This document shows, piece after piece, positions 40,012 to 51,395 of a stretch of DNA of 64,000 nt. The notes under the pieces are model-generated. The model saw nothing but the letters and a program-made list of their open reading frames with translations. It had not been told where the DNA came from and searched no databases. The number at the start of each line of letters is the position of its first letter. Position 1 is the stretch's first letter. Origin of the DNA: a virus; the IMG/VR virus record IMGVR_UViG_3300009509_000001, positions 130,577-194,576 of that record; one strand, 5' to 3'. A program made the translations under genes and the position numbers.

Positions 40012-40379
40012 TGCAGGTTCTCCAGTTTGGCCTTTACCTTGGCCCAGTGGGCGTCGGTCTTCGGGTTCCAGGGGCCGTTCGGACCCCCGTTGTGCAGGCG
40101 GCACGCCACCTCGATGGTGAGGGGCCTGCCGGTCTTGCGGGTGTAGCGCGCGCCGTAGTGCTTCACGTAGACGACCACCGCCCACCGACTGAGCGCTTCG
40201 CTGCGATGCACCTGCTCCAACGTGTAGGCGGTGCCGGCGATCGTGTTTACGTCCGTCAGGTAGTCCTCGCGGATCTGACAGACGCCGTAGGTTTGCTCCC
40301 ACAGGTTCTTGTCGCCGATCGCGGGTTTACCACCGGACTCATGCGCTATGAGCGCGGCAAGAAACAATATCCAGTTCAT
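40008..40379 (-). CDS. i-type lysozyme/destabilase-like peptidoglycan hydrolase
   Basis: Hydrophobic N-terminus, ESGG...GD...YGVCQI..DY..D, ACRLHNGGPNG...T..HW.KV. Confidence 0.65.
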   Translation of the reverse strand: MNWILFLAALIAHESGGKPAIGDKNLWEQTYGVCQIREDYLTDVNTIAGTAYTLEQVHRSEALSRWAVVVYVKHYGARYTRKTGRPLTIEVACRLHNGGPNGPWNPKTDAHWAKVKAKLENLQ

Positions 40380-43028
40380 ACTTTCAGTACTCCGTTCGAT
40401 TTGCGCTGCTGCTCCGGCCAGTAACGGCCGCCCAGATCAACCTTTATACACACACGTTTGGACGTGAATCGCGTTACTTCGCCGAATAGCAGTTCACAGC
40501 CTTCCGGCCAGGTCATGACGATCCTGTCTCCGACCTTTAACTCATTTCCAGCTAGATCCTTCATAATACTCTCCTTAGTTTTATGGTGTTTATAGCTTGA
40601 CCACCTTTCTTTTGGCTTCTTCCGTTACGCGCCGCATCAGATCGACCGTGTCGGCCTTCCGCTTCTCGATGAAGCAGGAGCTGTGCGACGTGAACAGGTT
40701 GGTGTAGAACGACGGCAGCTGACCGAAACGCTGCGAGCGCTCGGTCGCCGACGGGCTCAGGACCACGGGTTTTCCACAGATTGAGCAGTTCATGGCAATT
40801 CCAGATCCTCCAGTGGGATGTCAAACGCCTTGGCGATCGTCTTGATCTGACCAATGGCTGCGTCGACGGCGTCGTCCGGGTCCTCGGGGAACCAGTCGGG
40901 ATCAGCGAGCAGTTGCGCATCGGTCTTCAACGCACGAAGCGCGTTCGCCACGGCCTCCTTGTCGGGCCGGTCGCCCCGGATGGCGGCTTGCAGAACCTCT
41001 TCGACCATCGGGTTTTCGACCAGGTCCATCTGGACCTCGCCGGCGTCGTTGTAACGTTTGAGCTCGCCGGCCGCGTTGTTGATTGCGTCCGACAGGTCGG
41101 ACATGCAGCCGGTCAGCTTGGCGGCGAACCGTTTTCCTTCGATACTGTCCCAGAAATTAGCCATCGGTCGGTTCCTCCTCGTTCCACATGATGTCCGTGG
41201 GCTCGTCGAACGTCGCCCGGCCGGTGTTGCCGCAGTCGTTGCATTCGACCACGATCTCCGGGTGCTCGATGGCGTCGTTCGTCAATTCGGGGCAGCAGCG
41301 GGTGTTGTCGCTGCCGCAGGCGGGGCATTTTCCTCTCATGAGTTTTTCCTTTATGGATCTGACCAGCGTCGCAATGTCCTTGAGATCGCCGGTGGTTATA
41401 TGGATTCGGCCGTCGAGAAACGGCGGGTTGTGCCAGACTTTGGTTCGCTCCCAGCGCTCGGCCAGGTGTTCGAGCCGGTTGGCGGCCTGCAGGATTTCAA
41501 GGTTAGTCATCGGTTCTTTCGCCGCGACTGTTTCGCACGCTTGCGTTCGGCCTTCTTGGCCGGGTTTGCTTTGTGCTTGACCTTCACGCGGACTCGGCGT
41601 CCGCCTGCGCCCGGCCGGCAGTAGCCTTCGCCCATCCGGCCAAACATCATGGCCATGGCCAGTGCCATCTGTCCTTTATTCATCGATGAACTCCTTCAAC
41701 CATGCGGGGTTTGCTTCACCGAACACGAATTCGACCGACCCGACATAGGTCTTGCCGTCCTCGCATTCGAACACGACGTCGCCCATGATTTCCTCGGCAC
41801 TCGCCTTGTCCAGCCGTCGGCCGGCGACGGTGAGCAGCTGCTCGGTGGTTTCGCACAGATCCTCCAGGGACTCGCCGTTTCCGTCGCGGAGCCACTTGAC
41901 GATCTTCATGTGCTTCGGCTTGTCGAACAATGCCGCCAGCACGATCGCGGTCTTGAGGTTGCATGCTTTGATCCCCGTAGGGCTAAGCACATAGTCGCGG
42001 AACGTGATCCCGCGCTCCTCAAGCGTCTGCAGCAGCACGTTGCGGTGCAGCGGACCGGCGTCCTCGAACGGATGCTCGTCCGGGCGGCCGAAGTGCGCAA
42101 GCGCCTCGGCCCAGCCCTGTTGGTACGCCTTGTTCAGACCGTCGATGAGACTGCTCATGAACTTCGGCTGTGCATGCAGCGTCTCGGTCGGCGGGAACGG
42201 TTCCTGACGGAAAATGATCCCGCCGTCCCTGCCGAAGAACGGCGTTTCGACGGTGATTCCATGTTTCTTCCAGTTCTCTTCGGTCTCGCCTTCCTGATGC
42301 AGGTGCGCCAGGACGCCGAGGAACTGACCCTCGTCGGCCAGGACTTCTTCGTCCTCGCCATGTGCTGCGATCTTGCCGTCCAGGAACTTCACGGCCTTGC
42401 TGTTTGCGCCGAACACGGCCACCGCGTTTTTCCGGTAGTTGCCCAGAGTGGCGTCGACGCCTGTACTCAGTTTATTCATCTTCAGGGTTCTCCAGTTGTT
42501 GTTGTTGTTTTTCGTCCATCCGCACTTCGAGTCGCAGGACTTCGATGAGCGGGTTCATGCTGAACGGGCACAGGATCACGGCCTGGGCCATTCCAGCGAT
42601 AGTGTGTTCGGGTATGATCGGCCCCACACCCATAAGCGCGTCGGGCCGTTTGTACTCGAATCCGCAGAATACGCAGGCATGCTCAGGCATACTTACCTCT
42701 TGTGGTTGCGGCGATCCCGCTTGGAGCGGAACTGCTCGCGGTTTTCCAGCTTCTTCAGCTTCTTCTGCAGCCTCGGGTCGTAGGGATCGTCTGCGACGGC
42801 GGGGGCTTCCAGCCGCATCACCAGCTCCTCCTGACGAATCGGCTGAGTCTCCATGTCGAATATGAACAGATCGGCCTCGATGTCCTGCATATCCTCGACC
42901 GTGGCGTTCGGAAACGCATCGATGATCAGGTCCTCGATGTGGTCGAGCATAAGCAGCTGGCGTACCTGCTCCCGGTGTTCCGGCATCGACAGGTTTGAAC
43001 ATGCACTACCGATTAACACTACTTTCAT
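40376..43028 (-). other. run of small hypothetical genes (40376-40564, 40590-40793, 40790-41164, 41157-41510, 41676-42479, 42472-42690, 42693-43028)
   Basis: Abutting co-directional ORFs with GGAG RBS; several CxxC motifs. Confidence 0.55.
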
Positions 43029-43585
43029 GGCTGATACCTCATGAATACTTCGTTCTTCGGGAGCGGGCAATCCTTCATCCAGACGTAGCCCCAGCGGATG
43101 TCCCACCGAAGCAGGTCCGACGAGACCTTTTCCGGGAAGTCACCGGGCGTCACGTTCTCGAACACGTTCAGGCGCAGGCTGTGCCGGTCTGGATCGAACA
43201 CGCCGGTGTTCACCATGTCGCAGAAGGCCAGCGCGTCGTCCGGCTCGTGAAGCGTGTAGGTGAAGCCGTCGACGACCTTCGCGACGTTCTCCCAGTTGAC
43301 GATCAGGTTGTACTGATAGCCGTGCTGCGAAAGCAGCGGGCCGGCCGTGTACACGATGATCTTGATACCGGGATCGTGATCCTGGACCTGGTAAGCCACG
43401 TCGAGGACGTGCCGGGGTTTGAGCATCGGCTCGCCGCCGGTGATCAGCACCATCTCGGTGCCCTCGGGCAGGTACTGCATGTGGCTGATCGGCGGCACGT
43501 CGTCGAGATTGAAATGCGCCTGCTTCATGCAGCAGCCCTGACAGTTGCGAAGGCATTCATCGGTTATGTGCAGTCTAACGTTCAT
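43025..43585 (-). CDS. radical SAM domain protein
   Basis: CLRNCQGC (CxxxCxxC) near the N-terminus and ITGGEP; start re-placed at MNVRLH. Confidence 0.8.
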   Translation of the reverse strand: MNVRLHITDECLRNCQGCCMKQAHFNLDDVPPISHMQYLPEGTEMVLITGGEPMLKPRHVLDVAYQVQDHDPGIKIIVYTAGPLLSQHGYQYNLIVNWENVAKVVDGFTYTLHEPDDALAFCDMVNTGVFDPDRHSLRLNVFENVTPGDFPEKVSSDLLRWDIRWGYVWMKDCPLPKNEVFMRYQP

Positions 43586-45793
43586 TTTGTTCTCCAGTTG
43601 AAATCTTCGGGAACGAACACGTATTCGATGCTCGCGTTCACGAAGTAATAAACGGTCTGACCATTGAGCTTGGACCGGTGGTACGATACGTGCCAGTCGC
43701 CCGCCATGGTCAGGCCGTTCCAGTTGTGGCTCGCGTATCCGAGTTTGCCCTCCAAAAGCTGGAGCTCGTCGTGATACACGTGTTTCATGAAGGTCCGCCG
43801 AGTGATCTCGATCGAGTCTTCGATCATGTCGTGGAGGGCCTGGACGGGTCCGGGCCACCCCACGCATGTATGAAAGAACTTGTGTCTATTCATGGTACTC
43901 GAAGTCCTCGTACTGCTCGGCATCCATGTCGTAGTTGATGAGCGTGGCACCGACGTGCTTGGCATAGGCATACTGTTTCCAGAAGCCCGGTGAGAACTCG
44001 TAGTTCTGGTTCTCGCATTCCTCCATGACCTCGAGCAGCACATGCCCCGTGTAGACGATGTACCCGTAATGGGTCTCGTAAACGCGGAACGGCAGCGGCC
44101 GTCGGTTCGGGTTCATGCGCTCGGCACGCAGGTCCATATCCATATTGTACAGCATCCGACGGTCGCGCTCGGTCAGATGGCCGGTGCTGATGTCCAGCAT
44201 CTTCTCGGGCCGGCAGCGGGGGATCGGCTCCACCTCGTCGGGGTTCAGGTGTATGCCGTATCCGCCCATCCAGCCCAGGGCGCTTTCGCTCATGTTGTCC
44301 CAGGGCAGTACCCAGTAACCACCGTCAGGCAGGTTGACGGCCGGGATGACCGGGGTGAACGCGGGGATTCGACAGACCTTGCCGTAGGGCGCGGCCTTGT
44401 ACTCGATCTCCTCCTTGGTCCACATGGGATTCAGCATGTCGGTGCCGATGATCGGCAGCATTGCCTGGACCTCAGCGAGATCCTCCTCGGCTTCCAGCTT
44501 GCTGACGTACATTGCGGTTTCGCAGTCGGACATGTCCTCGAACCATACGTCGATGGCGCAGCTCTCCGGGTTGTCCGGGTCGCTGTCGGGCGTGTCCTCG
44601 AGCAGTACCTGGCGGCTGACGATCGGCCGACCGGCTTCGCGCCGCCGGTGGATGATCTTCATCAGTTCTTGATTGTGCATAGGTTCTCCAGTTGTTCGTC
44701 GAGCTGCATGAAGGACGGAAGCGACTGATACCACTGCTCCAGCTGATCATAATGATCCTGGGTGATGAAGTCGCCGATGTCCTCGAGTACGAAGAACAGA
44801 TAGTTGTGGCGGAAGTCCCGGTCGCGTCGTGGCCAGCGCCAGTCGAGGCGGTAGCCGGGGTTCCACGGGTTGTAGCGGCGGGTGGCCCATGGTTCATGGA
44901 ACGATGCGGATCGCACGCGCTCCATGACCAGGGCGTGAACCTTAGCCTGCATGGTCGGGTCCTGGATGACGATCTTCTCGCCGGCCCAGGGATCGGCGGC
45001 CATACTGGTCAGGTTTCGGAACGTCATGTGCCGCTGCAGCATGTACTCGCCAGTGGCCATACGGAAGGTCACCAACGGGTGGCCGTCGACCTCGCCGAGC
45101 AGATTGTACAGCGTGAACGAGACGATGAACGGGTTGAAGGACTTGACCGTAAGGTGCATCAAGCGCCCCAGTTACACGTATACATGCCCATCGAGGACAG
45201 GTTTCCCCACTGCTGGACGTCGATCGCCATGTGGAGGGCGACCAGGTTGCATACCGCCGGATCAAGCTCTTTCTCCTCTTCCTGGCAGTGCCGCCAGATC
45301 CTGACGACGTAGGCGCTCCAGAACTCGTCGGCCCAGTTGGAATCCAGGACGTTGACCAGGTCTTCCAGGGTTTCGATCTCGGTTTCCTTCAGCAGGGATT
45401 CTCTCATTTCGGTCTTGGTGCACGATTTGATCAATGCTTCTATCTGTTTGTTCATACGAAGTACCTCGCACGTTTGGAGTGATTGACGAGATCGCGGATC
45501 CGTTTCCAGTCCATGCCTAGAATCTCGTCGAATTTGGACAACTGGGCCTTGGACGGCCCGTAGTAGCCTGACGATTCCTTGCAGATTTCGTCGGTCAGGA
45601 TGGCGTTCTCGTTCTCGTCGAAGACGCCGATGAGGGCGATGCCGTTGCACTCGCTGCCGATCAGCCCCATGGCGTTGAACGCGCCGTAGAGCAGTACCGT
45701 TACGTTGCAGGGCGCTCCCTCGGGCTTGAAGGATGCGCCGCGGCTGATGCCGACGAACGGGTCCAGTCTGGGTAAGCTCATGACGTCACTCAT
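43582..45793 (-). other. five hypothetical genes (43582-43893, 43886-44680 with a DUF5983-like LDISTGHL motif, 44662-45162, 45159-45455, 45452-45793)
   Basis: Overlapping co-directional ORFs. Confidence 0.55.
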
Positions 45794-46014
45794 CAGTCTA
45801 TTTCCTTTATGGGTTTGAACCGCACGTCGAGCGTGCAGTCGAGGGCCTGGCCGACCTTGCAGAGGTCGATGATGCTGACGCCCAGGTCGCCGTTCTCGAT
45901 TTCAATGACGATCTTCAGCGGAACACCGCTTTCCTTGGCCAGCTCGATCGGCGTCATTTCCTTCTCGACGCGGAGGGCCGCCATGCGCAGGCCCAGAGGT
46001 TTGAGTTCATCCAT
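45793..46014 (-). CDS. XRE-family helix-turn-helix regulator
   Basis: LRVEKEMTPIELAKESGV..KIVIEIENG...SIIDLCKVGQALDC pattern. Confidence 0.75.
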   Translation of the reverse strand: MDELKPLGLRMAALRVEKEMTPIELAKESGVPLKIVIEIENGDLGVSIIDLCKVGQALDCTLDVRFKPIKEID

Positions 46015-49000
46015 TGTCTTGTTCTCCAGTCGGCGCCCACTCATAGTTGGCCATGAGATGGGCACCCAGTTTATGTTTCTTGACCTTGGAGCGCGGGAAC
46101 ACACGGGAAGCACACAGCCACAATTCTTCGCCCTGCTTGAAGCCTTCGGCTTTGCCGGTGATGCGTACGTGCACTTTGGTGGTCCCGTTCTCCGTCTTGA
46201 CGTCCAGCACCTTGCATGGCACCAGACCGCTAACCAACGTACTCCAGTACGCCTTTTCGCCGGGATGATGCTTGTCGAAGCTCACGAGTTGAACGTCCAT
46301 TGGTTATTCTCGGCGCCGGGCCAGGCATTGAGCCCGCCGACGATCCGGGGTTTGGGGTCGTTCTGCGGGAAGAACGGCGGTTTCTCCTGGTCGAACGCGA
46401 AGCTCTTCACCGAGATCTCCGGGTGTCCCCGGTCGGCGTCTATGATGTAGATGTCGCGTCCGATCGAGTGGTTGCCGCTTTCGCCGTACTCGTAGCTGTC
46501 GATCAGCAGCTGCTCGAGCTGTTCGAGCATGTCATGCTCCCGCGCCCAGCGGATGAGCAGGCCGATGTTTCCGGTCATTCTGATTGCCATATCAGTCCTC
46601 CTGGTATTCTTCGCAGACGCCACGGTAGATGACGATCGGCGTGTGTACGCCCACATAGCCGTCGACCATGCTGTCGAGGACTTCGCGGGCGCCCTCGTAA
46701 GTCATGCCGTCGCGCTCCATCAGGACCGCCAGGCACCGGTCTTCGTCGTAGATCAGGCGGAGCGGATGCCCCGGCCCGGTCCAGCAGTCGGTGAAGCCGA
46801 CGAGTGCGGGCTCCATTCCCGGCCAGGCCATGTTGCCGTCGTTGCGGTCGAACTCCTCGAAGTTACCTTCCAGGTAGTCGAGCAATGCGTCCGGCTTCGG
46901 GATCATGATCTTCTTCAGGGCCGCGATCTGCTCGGCCGCCTCGTCTTCGGCGTTCACGAAGATCTGATCCTTGTTGCAACGCCAGCAATGGATGGCCACG
47001 CCGGCCTCCACCTTCTCCTGGAGTCCTTCGGTCAGATCGGCGTTGTCGGTCTCGCCGCATTCACTGCATTTGATTCGCATATTGTTCTCCATGCTAAAAA
47101 AGAATGAACCCTAAAAGGGATCTTCGTTGTGGGTGATGCCGGCAGCCGCCACGACGCAGATGCCCCCGAGGGCAAATGCATCGCGGCAGCGCCGACGATG
47201 GTTATTATATACCGTACCAGTGATCTTCCGGCTTGGTACTTATCTTTCGCTGTTCGAGCTGCTTGAGCAGCCACTTCACGTGAGCGTCGGTTCCGACGAA
47301 TCGGAAGCTTCCGGCCACCTTCTCGACCTTGACCCGCAGTCGGTCGTATTTCCTGGTTCTTACAGGCTGCTGCACCAATTAACCAGATCCATCATCTTCA
47401 ACATGCGGAACCCGCTGCCGTTTCCGGTACCGAGCTCCAGGACCGCGTGAGAGTGCTCGCGGCTAATGACGAGCTTCAGCTGGTCGAACGTAACCTGCTG
47501 GCCCTTCAGGAATTCCTGAATGGTCTTCAGCCGGGTCTCGGTGACCTTCAGCGTGCGGTCAGTGAGCACGAGATCTTTCATCTCGCTCCTGATGGCCTCG
47601 CTGCGGGGCGACGCCACGTTTCTGTGGTAGAGTCCTAATTGCATTCTTCGTTCTCCAGATCGAAGTCCTCGATGGTCGCGTCCTCCGACGCTGCCAGTTC
47701 GTCCATGAAGCAGACTTCGGCGATGTCCGCTTCGGTGATTTCGTCCTCGTCGCCGTCGAGGATAAACATGCGCATGTCAATCATGCCAGTGCCTCCTTAA
47801 CAATGCCGTCGCCCACCGGGCCGCAGAACTCGTTGCTGCTGCCCGTGCCGATCGGCGGGTTCTTGGCGCAGACCCATCCCAGGTATTCGCCGGGGAATAG
47901 ATGCACCTGTTCGCTGTAACGATTCAGGGTGCTGCCTCGGCACCCTTTGTACAGCTTCGTCGTTTCAGGGAATACCTGAAGGTTGGGTACGTACAACTTC
48001 ACGCGGCCGTCCTTGTGGAAGATGGCCAGGTGGAAGTAACCCTTGCGCACCGTCGGGTCCGCAGCGTAGGGCAGTACGTCCGTGTCGCCCTGGGCGTACC
48101 CGAAGCCTTCGTACCAGATCTCGTCGTGCTCATGCTGCCGGCGGTACACCTTGGCGCCGCTCGGCAGCAACAACGGGAACTGGTCGTCCGCCGCTTTGAG
48201 GATGTGCGACGGCAACCTTTTCTTATCGAGTTCCACGGCCGATAACCCTCCGTACGTTCTTGACGATTTCGCCCAGGTCGGTGATGCCGCCGTAGGCTTC
48301 CACGTGATCCCGCTTGCCGCCGAAGACCTTGACGCCGTGAACGTCCGGGTACTTGGACATGAGCATGCATTCCAGGTCCTCGAGCTGTTCGTAGCTCTCG
48401 GCTTTGCCCAGCAGCTGGTCCTCCTCGAACGGACTGTTGGCGTGACCCATGCCCTTGATGGTTATGGGGTACTCGAACCACTCCTGCTTCTCGTCCGCCT
48501 TGGCCACGGTTACCAGCGAGTACCGGTCATCGTTGTTCAGGTACACCCGGTTACCCTCGCTATCCTTCTCGATCAGGTAGAACGACTTGTTGGTCGTCTT
48601 TTCCTTGCCAAGACGGTCCAGGAACATTTTGGCGACGTCGTCACTGAGGAAAACCCTGGTATACATGCGGCCGAACAGCTTTTCCCAGAGGTAGATGCCC
48701 TTGGCCGGCAGGTAGTCGAACTCCTTCTCGTCGGCTTCTTCCAGCGCCTCTGCCTTCTCGCGCTTGGCCGCCGTGGTTTCTTCAGGTGGGATGCCGGCTT
48801 CGCGTTCGCGGCCGTACTCGACCACCCTGTAGGTCGCCAACTCCTGTTCGAGCTTCTTGACCTTGTCCTGTTCGTTCAAGTACCATCCGCCACGCTTGAT
48901 GCACATTTGCATCATCTCGTCGAAATCCGCCTTCTGCCGCGCCAACTCTTGTTCGAGCTGCCAGATGGCGATCGAGTCCTCTTCCGTGCTGCCTTTGGCG

Positions 49001-49209
49001 ACGAACGCCAGTTTGCCGTTGGCGTCCCTGGGAACGGGCTGGTGCTGGACCATGCAGGTATCATCGTCCTGAGGTGCATTGGCCACGAAGATCGTGGGAA
49101 CGCCGAGCGTTTGGTAACCGTTGAGGATGGCCTCGCCGGCCGGGATTTCGACGGGAACCATCGTGGGTACGCCGTCGACGAACTCGAGTTTGTGAAGATT
49201 CGTTTTCAT
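46007..49209 (-). other. run of hypothetical genes (46007-46300, 46282-46590, 46592-47092, 47360-47644, 47781-48236, 48223-49209)
   Basis: Co-directional ORFs with RBS-like motifs. Confidence 0.55.
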
Positions 49210-49232
49210 CGCTTGTTCTCCAGACTTGCGAT

Positions 49233-49907
49233 TCACAACCAGTGCTTTTCAAGCATGTCGTGAAATACTTCGATTTCGGCCAGGCGCTGGGCTTTTCCCA
49301 TTTCGCTGAACCCCTCAGCGTCGCACTCGGCCAGGTGGATGTAGAGCCAGACGACCTTCATGACGTCCTGCTCCCTGAAGCCCTCGGTGAGTCTCCGGAT
49401 GAACTTTCGGAAACCCTTGGGGCTTACGACCGGCTCGTATTCACCGGCGTCGCTCTTCTTCGCCAGCTGCTGAATCCAACCATGATGCTCAATGACCCGT
49501 ACGACTGCGACCGTGCAGTTGCAGTTGACCGCAATTTCGGCGCTTTTCTCCTCATGCTTGGGGAAGCGGTAGCCACCGCCCTCCTTCGGTTCCACGACAT
49601 CGAGCTTGCCGACGTCGTGGAGCATGGCGGCCTGCACCAGATCGGGGCTGACATAATCATGGCTCTTGGCGGCCTCCACGACCGCCACCATGTGGCCGTC
49701 GGTATCCAGGTCGTGGAATGCATGCTGCGGGTTGAGTCCGCCGAGATCCATGACCTTCTTGAGAGTCTGGTTGTAGACGTTACGTACCAGCTCGAAGACA
49801 CCGTTCTGGCACATGTCGGTCGGCGTGCTGAGCATGGTAAGTCCGTCGTTGAGCTTGGGAAGAGGCGTACCCTCAATGGGCACTTTACCGATGGTTAAGT
49901 CAGTCAT
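49233..49907 (-). CDS. HD-domain phosphohydrolase
   Basis: QHAFH..D.H...AAMLHDVGK...FPKHEEKSA...VIEHH...ECD. Confidence 0.8.
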   Translation of the reverse strand: MTDLTIGKVPIEGTPLPKLNDGLTMLSTPTDMCQNGVFELVRNVYNQTLKKVMDLGGLNPQHAFHDLDTDGHMVAVVEAAKSHDYVSPDLVQAAMLHDVGKLDVVEPKEGGGYRFPKHEEKSAEIAVNCNCTVAVVRVIEHHGWIQQLAKKSDAGEYEPVVSPKGFRKFIRRLTEGFREQDVMKVVWLYIHLAECDAEGFSEMGKAQRLAEIEVFHDMLEKHWL

Positions 49908-50189
49908 TGTAGAAGTCTCCGTCAGGATCGAGAAGGTGATCGTTGTGGTCGGCGGCGGCCCCTGCGAGCAATACGCAGGCCATTTCGATGATGAGCGTGA
50001 TGAATTTCACAGTCTGTTCTCCAGTGCCCTGTTATAGCCGCTCCACCCGGGCCAGGTGGGCGGTCTTAGTTAAAGAAAAAGCAAAGGATTGAAAATCATC
50101 CACCAGCAGCAGCCCTTCAACGACGCGATGTCGATGAAGGAAAACACCCATGCCACAGGCATACCGCATCGCTGAGGTATGGCCCATAG

Positions 50190-50990
50190 TAGGGTGAGGC
50201 TTGTCCAGCCCCGAAAAAAGGCGACCACGCTAAATACGTGGCCGCCCCGGGATGGGAGTGAGAAAAAGAGGAGTGAGCGGGGCCATCGCCCTGCACGCCG
50301 ATTACTCGGCGCCCGGTGCCTGTCACGCACCGGACTCACTGGGTATGCCGCTTTCACCTATGGCCCCGGGTTTCCCCGGTAACTGCCATTGCTACTAGCG
50401 TCACTTCAGGAACTCCAATGTTCCCTTGGCCTTTGTTCATCCAGGTGGTACACCCTGGAGGCCATGCGGCGAGGCTTCAACACCTTACCGCACCTTGTCA
50501 GCTCCTTTAAGATCCTCCCGTTGTAACAGGGGGATCAACCACGGTTACCGTCCGTGGCGTGCTGACGACCCCTATTAAGGGGTCCTGTCGGGAACCGCTC
50601 CCGTAGCGTCGACTCGCGCCGATGAGATTCGACCGAATCACTGTCGAAGTGGGTCACCATGCCGATTGCCCGTGGCCGAGGGGTTGCACCTGTTCCGCTC
50701 CGTCGCCCCGAAGGGCAACCGATTGGAAGGCGTTCCTCCGACCACCCCTTGGGCATTCAGCGTGGCTGAGCCCCTGCATTAACCATGATTTCCTACTTGT
50801 CCGACATGGGAGCCGGACGTTCGGTAATCATAGAGGTTGCAGGGTTCTCCCACATTCGACCGATATTCGGTCACGGTGCGATTGAGGCACCGTCGCGGCA
50901 GTCCAGTCACCTGGATAAACCGCTGGAGCATTGTAACCCTTACTCTTAGGAGGGGGAGCTAAACTCCGTTCAGGTAATCATACGACATTT
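50190..50990 (-). ncRNA. candidate large structured ncRNA (about 800 nt; class unassigned)
   Basis: No credible ORF; dense hairpins; GNRA and cUUCGg tetraloops read correctly only on the minus strand; boundaries approximate. Confidence 0.55.
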
Positions 50991-51359
50991 CTGCCTCAAA
51001 TTAACCGAACGGAATCAGGCTCCGAAAAGACCCTGGAAACCCCCTCTGAAGTCTCAATTTTTGCAGGCGTTTTACCTTCAAAGGGGGTCCCCATCGGGGG
51101 AATTCGGGTTCGTGCGAGTGTACCACGCTCGCTACGTCAAAAGGCCACCCGAACCGGGCCTTCGATGGGGTCATTGTGCCCTCCTTTACCCCTTTCGGGG
51201 CTTTAGAATAAAGGAAAAAACCGCTCAAAATAGCCCATTTTTCGTGGTAAACGGTCCCATCTAGGTAAATATACTGAAAAAACGGCCAAAATTAACCAAT
51301 ATGTGTGTGTATTGAAAACTGGCCATTTTGGGGTATTGTCGCGCAATATTCAACCTGTG

Positions 51360-51387
51360 TGGACAACGCGGCGATTTGCGTTATATT
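51360..51387 (+). promoter_or_regulatory. sigma70-like promoter for the terminase gene
   Basis: TGGACA-16 nt-TATATT, 8 nt before the ATG at 51396. Confidence 0.35.
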
Positions 51388-51395
51388 AGAGGCAT

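Noticed and set aside
50038-50063. Rho-independent terminator
   Set aside because: The hairpin is present but has no convincing U-tract on either strand
49910-51395. tRNA cluster or rRNA fragment in the large non-coding region
   Set aside because: No cloverleaf with a T-loop GTTCRA at the right spacing and no rRNA signature recognised by eye; tRNAscan/ARAGORN would be needed to exclude this fully
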